From Malacoraja senta (taxonomy: Eukaryota): a DNA stretch of 64,000 nucleotides. The position numbers and the translations under genes were made by a program. The stretch covers positions 12,464,001 to 12,528,000 of the forward strand of contig CM075992.1 in NCBI GenBank assembly GCA_038087875.1, written 5' to 3'. The notes below the pieces were generated by a model. That model was not told where the DNA came from and made no database searches. It saw only the letters and a list, made by a program, of their open reading frames with translations. This document shows, one piece after another, positions 1-10,764 of this stretch (position 1 is the first letter of the stretch; every line of letters begins with the position of its first letter).

Positions 1-510
1 TGGGCCTCCTCCACTGTCAGAGTGAAGCCCAACACAAAATTGGAGAAACAGCACCTCATATTTCGATAGGGCAGCTTACAACCCAGTGGTTTGATAATAG
101 ATTTCTCTAACTTCTAATAACCCTTGCTTTTCCTCTCTCCGTCCCACCCCACCCTCGTTCTCTGACTCGTGTCACTGTCCTCCCTGATTAATTTTACTGA
201 TATTATGCCTTGTCATCATCTCCCACCCCCCCCTCCCCCAGCTACAATGAACCATTCAACATTTACTAGACCATTTCTTCTCTCCAGAGATGCTGCCGGT
301 CCCGCTGAGTTACTCCAGCACTTTGTGTCTAACTGCTTGTCATAGTCTGCTTTGATCTGTTGTTTTCACACCTTAGCCTTCCATATCTCCAGTCTCCCTC
401 TTCCCTAACTCTCAGATTGAAGAAGGGTCTCGACCCAAATCGTCACCCATTCCTTCTCTCCAGAGATGCTGCCGGTCTCACTGAGTTACTCCTGCTGTTT
501 ATGTCCGTCT
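1..510 (+). mobile_element. Penelope-like retroelement 3' fragment (GIY-YIG C-terminus plus pseudo-LTR pieces), degenerate
   Basis: 1-120 reads, across a 1-nt indel, GLLHCQSEAQHK/LEKQHLIFR*GSLQPSGLIIDFSNF, the typical end of a Penelope GIY-YIG domain. Repeated ccagagatgctgccggtc..gctgagttactcc motifs and a degenerate TGAAGAAGGGTCTCGACCCAAATCGTCA core (~418-445) follow. Confidence 0.7.
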
Positions 511-574
511 CCAGAGAAAACAATCCCGGGTAGTCCAATGTCTCCTTAAAGCTAATGCCCTCTAATCCATGCAG

Positions 575-780
575 CATTCTGGTAAAATGTTGCAGTTACG
601 TAGGACTTTGGTTGGGCTGCATGTAGAGTATTGTTATAGCCGTTCAGGTTGCCCCATTGCAGGAGTGATGTGGAGGCTTTGACAAGGAGCAGAAGGAGTT
701 TACAAGAATGCTGCCTGGATTAGAGGGCATTAGCTTTAAGGAGGCATTGGACTACCCTGGATAGTTTTCTCTGGAGATGG
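575..780 (+). mobile_element. CR1 LINE ORF2 3' fragment, degenerate
   Basis: Decayed L.RTLV..H.EYC..F..P...DV.AL....R.FTRMLPGL..ISFKE.L..PG.FSLE motif, homologous to the CR1 at 59316-59977. Confidence 0.55.
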
Positions 781-1287
781 ACATAAAAAAGCTGGAGTAA
801 CTCAGTGAGAACAGACCCACAGATGTTACCTGACCCGCTAGGTTACTCCAGCACTATATATCTTTGGTATCAACAAGCATCTGCAGTCTTTGTTCCTACA
901 TTTTTCAGAGCAGATAGTTGAGGCAGGTCTAATAACATTTACAAGCCATTTTGACATGTACATGGACAGGAAAGGTTTCGAGGAATTTGGGCCAATTTGT
1001 GGGCAAATGGAACTAGCTGAGATGTGGCGGCATGGATGAGTTGGGCTGAAGGGCCTGTTTCCGTGCTCTATAATCTGTGACTGTGGCCAGTCCCTGAAAT
1101 TCACCCCGACTCGGTCTGAGGGGAGTGACGTGGAGTGACAGACATTTCAGAAGGAGAGTGGGTGAAAGGAGACTGGATGATGCTGCTCTCTCCACAGAGC
1201 CAGTCCTCCAATTCCCAAACTCCACTGACTGTCTGATGACCTGTTGTAGTGTTGCCACACTCCCGTGTCTCTGTTCCTTTATTCCAG

Positions 1288-1383
1288 ATCCCCAGATGTC
1301 CACAGTGGAACAGACCCAGGGATCGTTGACTGGAGAATCCATCCAGGATTCGGCTTCTGTCCCAGTGGGAGATACATCCTCAG
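1288..1383 (+). CDS. Ser/Thr/Pro-rich stalk exon type S3 (96 nt, phase 1-1) of the D8C-mucin array
   Basis: ttcctttattccAG|ATCCC...TCCTCAG|GTacc; encodes DPQMSTVEQTQGSLTGESIQDSASVPVGDTSS; paralogous to 35036-35131 and 39398-39493. Confidence 0.7.
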
Positions 1384-1553
1384 GTACCAAACCCTCTCAC
1401 ACATTTCCACTTGTCCTCATTAACCCTGTCATGGGTCATAGAGTGTTACAGTGTGGAAACAACTCGCCCACTGGCCAACATATTCCAGCCACACTAGCCC
1501 CACCTGCCAGCATTTGGTCCATATCCATCCAAACCTGTCCTATCCATGTACCT

Positions 1554-1703
1554 AGGTACACAAAAATGCTGGAGAAACTCAGCGGGTGCAACAGCATCTA
1601 TGGAGCGAAGGAAATAGGCAACGTTTCGGGCCGAAACCCTTCTTCAGACTGATAGGGGGTGGGGGGGGTGGGGGCGGGGAGAAGAAAGGAAAAAGGAGGA
1701 GGA
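1554..1703 (-). mobile_element. Penelope pseudo-LTR insertion running into the gap, with a minimal hammerhead-like motif
   Basis: Absent from the paralogous sites at ~35295 and ~39660. The minus strand of 1617-1652 reads CTGAAGAAGGGTTTCGGCCCGAAACGTT. Confidence 0.65.
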
Positions 1704-1903
1704 NNNNNNNNNNNNNNNNNNNNNNNNNNNNNNNNNNNNNNNNNNNNNNNNNNNNNNNNNNNNNNNNNNNNNNNNNNNNNNNNNNNNNNNNNNNNNNNNN
1801 NNNNNNNNNNNNNNNNNNNNNNNNNNNNNNNNNNNNNNNNNNNNNNNNNNNNNNNNNNNNNNNNNNNNNNNNNNNNNNNNNNNNNNNNNNNNNNNNNNNN
1901 NNN
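1704..1903. other. Assembly gap (200 N)
   Basis: Run of N. Confidence 1.
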
Positions 1904-2703
1904 AGTAATGTCTAGATTGTCGCCGGTGCCACGTGTTAGTGAGGGTAGGAACAGGAAGATAGATCAGATGAATGCGTGGCTGAGGAGTTGTTGCAGGGGG
2001 CCAGGGAAGATAGAGGTGGTGGTGGTGGTAAGTTGGAAGGAACTTCCAACCCCTCAACCCCCTCCCCACACACCCCCCTCCCGCACAACAGTGTCAAAGG
2101 ACGAAGGGCCTGTGTTCCAGTGCTAGACCTGCCCTTCAATTCCACTATACTCACATTTCTACTTGCCCTCCTCCCCTCTCCACACTGTCCCACATCCACC
2201 CTCCCCTGTGGTCCGCTCCCACCAATGGATTCCTGTCCCATCTCCCCAGACTCCCTCCTGCCACCTCCACCCTAATTCCAGACCTCCTCTCCCCCTCTCC
2301 CCTCCCAGCATCAACCTTCCAGACCTCCCCTCCCCACGCCCACCTGCCCCTCACTCCAGATATCCTCCTCGCCTTTTTCCAGCCTCCCTCCATCCCCCAA
2401 TTTCAAGCTTCCTCCCACAAACGCCTACTCCCCTTCTGATCCCTCTCCCCCACTACACATCCCCTTCCCCCCACTACACACCCCCTCCCGTCCATTTCAT
2501 ACCCCTTCCCCCAAATCCAGATGCCCTCCGCCCACTCACCCCAGATACCCTCCTCCCTCTCTCCCTCTCCAGATTTCCTCACCCCACACCCCATCCTCTC
2601 TCCTACTTCTCCTCGATGCCAATATTCCTCAAGTCACCGTGCCCTGCCCTTTCCCCACCAGCACCGACGTTTGGGATCAGAAAAATCATCTCTCCATCAA
2701 TAC

Positions 2704-5700
2704 CTGAGTTTGTATCTGGTTCTGGGACGGTGGACAGATCCTCCCGGGGTTCAGCTGTTGTTTCCTGGGGTTTGGGTGTTTCCTGGGGTTCGGCTGTTTC
2801 CTGGGCTTCCTCAGTTGGTACGGAGGCTGGATCTGTAATAAAATGTGGACAAACAGTGGGTGTAGTGTGGAAATAATCCAGCAGCTCTGCGGGATGGGAG
2901 CAGAGGGAAGTGCACGGCCGACACCAGTATCTGGTGACACCAACGGTCCAGCCCTCTCCTGCACCATGTATCCTCACCCCCCCAGTACATCCCACTCCAC
3001 AGTGGAGTGACCGTTACTGCCTCCCAGCTCCTCCACCCCACACACCTCACACATTGGGACCCGTCCCTGCGTCACTCCGCTCTGCTCCCCACTCCCTCTG
3101 CTCCTCACCCCCATCATTCCCGTCTTCATTCAATACTCCCCGTCCGTCTCTCTGCTCTCATTCCCCTCCGCTCGCCCCTCCCTGCCCTCTCACCTCCTCC
3201 TCGACCCTGCCTCTCCCTCACCCACCCTTTCCCTCTCTCTCACCCACGCACGTTCTCCCACCCGCTCTGTCCCTCTCCACCCTCTCCCTGCTTCCCCCTC
3301 ACCCGCCGGCTCACTCGGTCTCGTGGGAGGGGAGGGGATGGGTCATTCGTGGGACGTCAATACGTATAGCGCATAGCGCTCGTCCGATCAGTTTCGAACT
3401 GCTCTGCCAAGGTAAGGCAATTTTCACCGGGCCACTCTATAGCGTGCCCAGAGTAGCTCTGGAGGCGGCCGGGGGTTTGGGCCACCGCGGCAGCTCCATT
3501 GGAGCTAGAGTAAGAAGAATCTTTTGTGTCGCAGTTCGAACTCTCCACGGGAGCAGGCGGCTGATATTGTAGACCGCCGTGGGCTCCATAGGAGCTAGGA
3601 TTACGGCTGTTACCGGTTATGGCTCTGCACGGCAGCAGGCGGACAAAATTGGAGACCGCCGTAGGGAGGGGAGGAAGGGAATGGCCTGGACCTGGGGAGG
3701 AGAGATCCCTGGAGGAGGGGATAGGGAACGGCTAAGGTTGGTGTTCCAGGGGTGGGCTTGGTCCCGGGGGGGGGGGAGGAGAAGACTCGATCATTGGGGG
3801 GGGGGGTTACGGTGATATCTCGGTCCCAGGGAGGGGGTCCCAGGCTCGGTTCCACGGAGGGGGTCCCAGGCTCGGTCCTAGGGGACACAATGAGGGACAC
3901 TGCTGGTCAGTGGGAGTTATCACGGTGTATCTCAGTCCACAGATGATCGTCCCAGCCAAGTCATTGATACAGACTGTGACTCACCGGGGCCCAAGCACTG
4001 AGCCCTCTTGTACCCACACGGTCACTGCTGCCAACCTGAGAATGATCTGCTTATTCCCACCTGTGCCTCTGTCGAAAAGCCAATTCTCAATCCATGTCAG
4101 TGTGTGAACAATTCCATGTGCTCTGACCTTGTTGACCAGCCTCTTGTGCAGGAACGTACTAAATGCTTTCTGAAAACCCCCCAGCCCAGCCACTGGTTCC
4201 CTCATCTGTTCTACTGGACGTGTCCTCAATGTGCTCCAGGGACTGTGAAACCTGAAATTCCTTCCACAGCCCATATTGTCTCTGCTCAGTCCTAACAGTG
4301 ACACCGACTCCCTTCACTCGTAGTTCCCCATCACACAGGAGAACCACTGTGAACCCGGCAAGTTGATGGGAAAGTCCCAACGGAGCATGGGAGAGAGAAG
4401 GGAAGTTCCGATGCTGGAGCGAGGGGGGAGGGGAGATAGGTCCATGAGTGAGGGTCTTGCAGAGTGAGGGGGGGCGTGGAGGGGGCTGTGCGGTCAGGGA
4501 GTGAGGACTAAGCCAGGGTGAGGGTGGAAGTGCAGCGGTCTGAGCCAGGAGCGAGGTGGGTGGGGGGACGGGGTGGAGGAGCTGTGCTGAAGCAAAGATG
4601 GGAGGGGACGAAGCTGGGACCAGGGTGCGAGGGGAAGGGACAGGTCTAGGGGCAGGGGAAGAGGGGGGGGCAGTTAACCTGAACACTCAGTGTGTTGGTG
4701 ACGCGGGACGTCACAGAATATCTCCACAACACCAACTGCCTGTGTGACTGGGGAACGGGGACCTACCTGTACAATACACAGCGTCGGTGTAGGGTAACGG
4801 CCACAGCTGATACACAAAGTAACCGGTGCAGTTCTTCACCCTGATCTCCAGGTCCCTGTAGCAGATGTCACTGCCCACAGTGAAACAGACTAGCCTGGTC
4901 ACCTCCCCGTCTCCCACGCTGGGATGGCGACCTGGAATGAGGATTATAAACATTGTAAAATGTACCCGGTGCCACAGTGCGGTGGGGAATGTGAATGTGG
5001 AGCCAGTGTAAGGCAGTGATCACAAGCCACGGTCGGGTTTGACCTGCCTCAGTCAGCGGTGAGCTGCTGCCCTCACCCTCCCCACCCACACTCACCACAG
5101 CAGCCCCTGCTCCTGGTGCTGACGCCCTAGGGTGCCGGGGTCTGGACTGGAAACACCCCAATGGGTGCTGACAGCTGGTGATGAGCGGACATGAAAGGTT
5201 TAGAGGAACACTGGCCGAATTAGCTCAGATGGGACATCATGGTCGGCATGGGCCGAAGGGCCCATTTCTGTGCCCTGTGACATGACTAATTACAGTATAT
5301 AATGTATAGTTCAGCCTCATCGGAAATATCACTAGATTGCAATAATTTTAACCACAACACATCACGAACACTTCAATCACACATCATATGCACATTGTTG
5401 CTAAATGTTGTTTGTATTTAATTTCTCCGCCTCGTTACTGAACTGTGGGTGTCCTGAGACGGGCCCAGCTCCCTGGGAGCTGCTCCTCCACTGAAACTGC
5501 TCCGGCTCTGATCTGGAGCAGGGGCAACGAGCGGATGGGATCCGCAGCCCCACTATCGGGAAACTCCAGGAAGCTGGAGCTTCCCCACCGCACTCCGTGA
5601 GGATCCAGGGCCGGTGCGCGGTCTAAGTGACTATGGGGGAACATCTCAGGGAGTTTGTGTTCCGTGTCTGTGCGAGGGGCCCTCTGGAGAGATCTGGGTG

Positions 5701-6304
5701 GTCAGTCTGACCCTCCCGGACAATGACTGAGAGCATCTGTAGTAAACTCTGACCCTACCGTTTAACCAGACTGGGTACTCCCCGGAGCAGTGATTCACTT
5801 GAATGCCAGTCTCCGGAATCTTCCATCCACCGGAACTGAAACAACAATCAGAGAGTCAGCCCCTCAACTGAGGGAGTAGGTTCACCCAGGGAAAGACCCG
5901 GAATCAGGGCTATTCTGACCGCACCCCGTCCCGTTCAACATTCCCCGGAATCCAATGTTGTTTTCCCTCCGCTTCCGTCTTCCCCGGTCTCTCACTCCAC
6001 AATGTGGGATCTCCCCATTCTCAGTATTGATGCCCCGTCCCATTTTAGCAACTGATGATCACCATCTCCCTACATCTTCCCTTCACACGCCCCTCATTAT
6101 CCCGTTTACATTCTCCATCAGTGTCCAATTTCTCAGCAATGATCGCCTCACGTTACCTCTTAAATCTGTACCATCTCACTGTAAGGTTCCAATCACCCAT
6201 CGTTGTCCCACCGCTGCACTCAGTGTGGGAACAATCCGTGCTCCTCCAGGGCTGATCCAGGACGGTGTGGGTCACACACGGGTCACCGAGTGCGGAGTCT
6301 GTGG
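2704..6304 (-). CDS. Module A: uromodulin/GP2/OIT3-like D8C (D10C) domain plus mucin-like stalk; exons 6304-6157, 5835-5759, 4931-4767, 2832-2704 (173 aa, open)
   Basis: All introns are GT-AG with compatible phases. Spliced product: TDSALGDPCVTHTVLDQPWRSTDCSHTECSGGTTMGDWNLTVRWYRFKSSGGWKIPETGIQVNHCSGEYPVWLNGRHPSVGDGEVTRLVCFTVGSDICYRDLEIRVKNCTGYFVYQLWPLPYTDAVYCT-DPASVPTEEAQETAEPQETPKP... It matches the D8C motifs DPC..L..WRS, WYRF..GG, WLNG.HP, VK.C.G.YVY.L and YCT. Confidence 0.85.
3960..4225 (-). mobile_element. CR1 reverse transcriptase fragment (intronic; copies at ~19797-20070, 29890-30170, 36690-36975, 41735-42015)
   Basis: FQKAFSTFLHKRLVNKVRAHGI..LTWIENWL...GSVLGP. Confidence 0.75.
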
Positions 6305-6854
6305 CTGAGGGACAGAATGATGTTCGGTGTTAATGTCAAGTTCAGCTCATGTCCCCAGCCTGATGTTCCCCACCTCCCTCATCTGCATCTCCACCCTCAC
6401 CAACCCCGAGCACCAATAATCTCCCGTTCGTTCCCTGACCAATGACACCATCTCCCGGATAAATGCAGGCACCAATCCCACGTCTCTAAACCCAGCTTCA
6501 TCGATCTCCCGCCATGAGCTGATTGCCACAAGAACGACCACTCGGCCCATCAGCTTCATGCCAGTGTCCAAGGGACCGATCTCATCAGTCCCATCTCGAG
6601 GTTGCTTGGATATCCACATTGTAAGCTAAAGGAAGGCCCCTTTCCATAACGTAAGGCAGGACCCAGCCAAAGTAGATTGGAAGCAGTTACATGGATAAAA
6701 CAACACGCAACATGTGGGAATCCTTTAAACGGGAAATGGTGAGACTTCAGGGTAAATGTGTTTCCATTCTCGATTGTCACTGGGAGATATCACGGTGTAT
6801 CTCAGTCCCCAGGGACACTGACTGTGGACAGTGAGGGACACTGGGGGTCAGTGT

Positions 6855-7572
6855 CTACATCTCTACTTCCTCAGAAGTAAGGAAGTTCGACAAGTCCCCA
6901 AGTCTTGCCAACTTCAACAAAAGCACCACAGAAAACATTTTATAAAGATCCATGTGTTTAAGAAGGAACTGCAGGTGCTGTAAAATCGAAGGTAGACAAA
7001 AGTGCTGGAGAAACTCAGCGGCTGCAGCAGCATCTATGGAGCGAAGGAAATAGGCAACGTTTCGGGCTGAAACCCTTATCCAGATCCATCACAGCTTTGC
7101 AGAGAATTGTGCAGGCACCCAGACCATCATGCAAACCAACCTCCCTTCCATTGATTCCATCTACACTTCATACTGCTTGGCAAGGCCACCAGCATAATCA
7201 AGGACCCAGTCTCACTCCCGGACACTACCCTTTCTCCCCTCTCCGTTCAGGCAAGATGTATCGAAGTGTGAAAACGCATACCTCCAGATTCAGAGACAGT
7301 TTCTTCCCAGCTGTTATCAGGCAACTGAATCATCCTATCACCAATTAGAGATTGGTAATGACCTCCCATTTATCTCCATGGAGACCCTCCTACGATCTAT
7401 AATTAGACTTTGCTGGACATTATGATGCCGTAAACATTATTCCCTTTATCCTGTGTTTGTACACTGTGGGCGGCTTGATTGAAATCATGTATAAGCTTTC
7501 CGCTAACTGGATAGCACACAACACAATGCTTTTCACTGCACCTTGGTACATGTGACAATAAACTAAACTAAA
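6855..7572 (+). mobile_element. Rex1/Babar-type LINE 3' fragment interrupted by a Penelope pseudo-LTR piece (~6955-7077)
   Basis: HLYFLR..., LQRIV.A..., PGHYPFSPLRSGKMYRSVKTHTSRFRDSFFPAVIRQLN; 3' tail tgtgacAATAAActaaactaaa. Confidence 0.7.
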
Positions 7573-8019
7573 TTCACTGTGGACAGTGAGGGACCGAGGG
7601 GTCAATGGGAGATATCACGTTGTATCTCAGTCCCCAGGGAACACTGACTAGCTGTAGAAGAGAGGGACTTTTAAAAAATGCCAGCTGATTACAAGAGGCC
7701 CCACAGTTAATGAGATGAGGTGAGTTTCAGTTCGAGAAGCTAAAAACACATCGCATCCCGAGTGATTGCTCCTTAGTGGGTGTATAAAGGGAAGGTAGAT
7801 ACATGTGGAGGAGCCTGTATGGAGCGGCCGTGCTTATGTACATGTGCCGTGCGCAGGGTAAGTGCGAGGCTTTTGCTTGAGAGGCTTCGGCGTACAGGGT
7901 GACAGCGGGATAGAAACATAGAAAATAGGTGCAGGAATAGGCCATTCGGCCCTTCGAGCCTGCACTGGTCTGGTTTGTGGTAATTTTTCTAATATACACT
8001 CTCCGTGGTCTAGTGCAGT

Positions 8020-10050
8020 AATGATGGCAGGTAGGGCAGTTAGTGCTCCTCCTGCAGGATGTGGGAAGTCAGGGAATCCTTCAGTGTTGCTGAGGACTCT
8101 GCCTGTGGGAGGTGTGTCCATCTGCAGCTCCTTACAGATGGCGTTAGGGAACTGGAGGAGTAGATGGATGACCTCAGCATCATCTGGGACACTGAGGATG
8201 TCACAGATAGGAGTCACTGTGTGCGGACGTTGCGCCGACGGACGAGAGGCCGAAGCAGAGAAGTCGATGCCAAAGAACGGAATGGAAACGAGGCCAAAAC
8301 GACAATAAACCGAAAGAGTGCGAAGACGAAACGCCTACTAACCGAAAGGATGGGCGGCTAAATGCAAACTAACCGAAAGGGCGGGACGCCTAAAACCCAA
8401 GGAACCGAAAAGCTGCTTCGCCTAAAAGCAAACTTACCAAATGGCCGCTCTGTCGATACGCCACCTACCCGAAAGGCGGCGTCTCCTACACACCTATGGC
8501 ATGTGTTGGAAAATGAACCCCACGCTCCCGTCTCCGCCTTCTCTCTCCCCTCTTCTCTTTCCCCCTCTCTCTCTCTCCCTTCTCTCCGCTCTTCACTCTC
8601 TCCCTTCTCTCCCCTCTTCTCTCTCCCACTCTCTCACCACTCTCGTCCCCTCCTCTCTCCCCCCCCTCTCTCTCCCTTCTCTCTCTCTCTCTTCCCCTCT
8701 CTCTCCCCCCTCTCCCTCTCTCCTCTCTCTCTCCCTTCTCTCTCCGTCCTTTCTCTCCCTCCTTCTCTCTCAACCCCCTCTCGCCTCTCCTCTCTCCCCT
8801 CTCCCCCTCTCCCCTCTCCCCTCTCCTCTCCCCTCTCCTCTCTTCTCTCTTCTCTCTCTCTCCCCTCTTCTCTCTCTCTCCCCTCTTCTCTCTCTCTCCC
8901 CTCTTCTCTCTCTTCTCCTCTCTCTCCTCCTTCTCTCTCCCCCTCTCACTTCTCTCTCTCCCCTTCTCTCTCTCTCTCCTCCGTAGCCACCCGCGGGAGC
9001 GACCCACAGTCAATGACCGCGATGCACCGCCATCGGACCCCAACCTCCTCACCAGGGTGATCCCCGCCCCCCCCCCCCCCGACCGCGGTCAGTGACTGGG
9101 AAGCTCCCGCGGGTGGAGGCGGAGGAGAGAGAGAAGGGAGAGAGAGAAGGGAGAGAAAGGGGAGAGAGAGGAGAAGAGAGTGAAGTGTTGAGAGAGAGGA
9201 GGAGGGAGAGAAGAGGGGAGAGAGAAGGTGGAAGAGAAGGGAGAGAGAGGGGGGGTTGAGGGGGAGAAATAGAAGAGGGGAGGGGGGAGAGAAGGGGAGA
9301 GAGAGAAGGGGGGGGAGAGGGTGAGGAGGGGAAGAGAGAGGAGGGGACGAGAGTGGTGAGAGAGTGGGAGAGAGAAGAGGGGAGAGAAGGGAGAGAGAGA
9401 AGAGGGGAGAGAAGGGAGAGAGAGAGAGGGGGGAAGAGAAGAGGGGAGAGAGAAGGCGGAGACGGTACCGGAGTCACAGTGAGGTGGTCACGCCTCGGGT
9501 AGGGGCAGAAAGTAGACGGGTGATCACCAGGAAAGGGAGTAGTGAGAAAGTGCAGGAATCTCCTGTGGCCATTCCCCTCGACAACAGGTTGGTCCCTTTG
9601 GATACTGTTGGGGGGACGAGCGGCCAGGGGAGGGCAGCAGCAGTCAGGTCTGTGGCAACAAACCCAGCTCTGAGGCACAGTGGGGAAGGGCACAGTCAGG
9701 CAGAGTGATAGTGATTGGAGAATCGTTAGTTAGGGAACCAGACAGGAGATTCTGGGGCAGCAAATGAGACTCCAGGATGGTGTGCTGCCTCCCTGGTGCC
9801 AGGGTCCAGGATGTCTCCAAGCCGCTGCAGAACATTCTCAAGTGGGAGGGGGAGCAGCCAGAAGTCGTTGTGAACGTCAGCACAAATGACAGAGGCAGGA
9901 AAAGGGATGAGGTCCTGTGGACTGAAGATAGGGAATTAGGCTAAAGGTTAATGCAGGACCTCCAGGGTAGTAATGTCTAGATTGTCGCCGGTGCCACATG
10001 TTACTGAGGGTAGGAACAGGAAGATAGATCAGATGAATGCGTGGCTGAGG
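8020..10050 (+). mobile_element. CR1 ORF1 remnant (N-terminal Cys motif plus SGNH/GDSL esterase), split by the 8218-9469 insertion
   Basis: CSSCRMWEVRE..C.RC..LQLL...VRELE on the left. DRSHSEVVTPRV is restored across the insertion. VIVIGESLVR, RMVCCLPGARVQDVS and GEQPEVVVNVSTND on the right. Confidence 0.75.
8218..9469. mobile_element. Unclassified 1.25-kb insertion with 8-bp TSD and a ~0.9-kb internal palindrome
   Basis: GGAGTCAC at 8210-8217 and 9470-9477. CT-rich arm ~8529-9021 is the imperfect reverse complement of GA-rich arm ~9084-9463. Confidence 0.75.
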
Positions 10051-10764
10051 AGTTGTTGCAGGGGGCAGGGAAGATAGAGGTGGTGGTGGTGGTAAGTTGG
10101 AAGGAACTTCCAACCCCTCAACCCCGTCCCCCACACCGCCCCTCCGCACATCAGTGTCAAAGGACGAAGGGCCTGTTCCAGTGCTAGACCTGCCCTTCAA
10201 TTCCACTATACTCACATTTCTACTTGCGCTCCTCCCCTCTCCACACTGTCCCACATCCACCCTCCCCTGGGGTCCGCTCCCATCAATGGATTCCTGTCCC
10301 ATATCCCCAGACTCCCTCCTGCCACCTCCACCCTAATTCCAGACCTCCCTCTCCCCCCCCCCTCCCAGCATCAACCTTCCAGACCTCCACCTCTCCACGC
10401 CCACCTCCCCTCACTCCAGACATCCTCCTCGCCTTTTTCCAGCCTCCCTCCATCCCCCAATTCCAACCTTCCTCCCACAAACCCCTACTCCCCTTCTGAT
10501 CCCTCTCCCCCACTCTACATCCCCTTCCCCCCACTCTACACCCCCTCCCGTCCATTCCATACCCCTTCCCCCAACTCCAGACGCCCTCCGCCCACTCACC
10601 CCAGATACCCTCCTCCCCTCTCTCCCTCTCCAGATTTCCTCGCCCCACACCCCAGCCTCTCTCCTACTTCTCCTGGATGCCAATATTCCTCAAATCACCG
10701 TCCCCTGCCCTTTCCCCACCAGCACCGACGTACGGGATCAGAAAAATCATCTCTCCATCAATAC

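Noticed and set aside
8362..9708. Long Ser/Leu/Pro and Arg/Glu/Gly ORFs
   Set aside because: Translations of CT/GA low-complexity arms, open in several frames on both strands.
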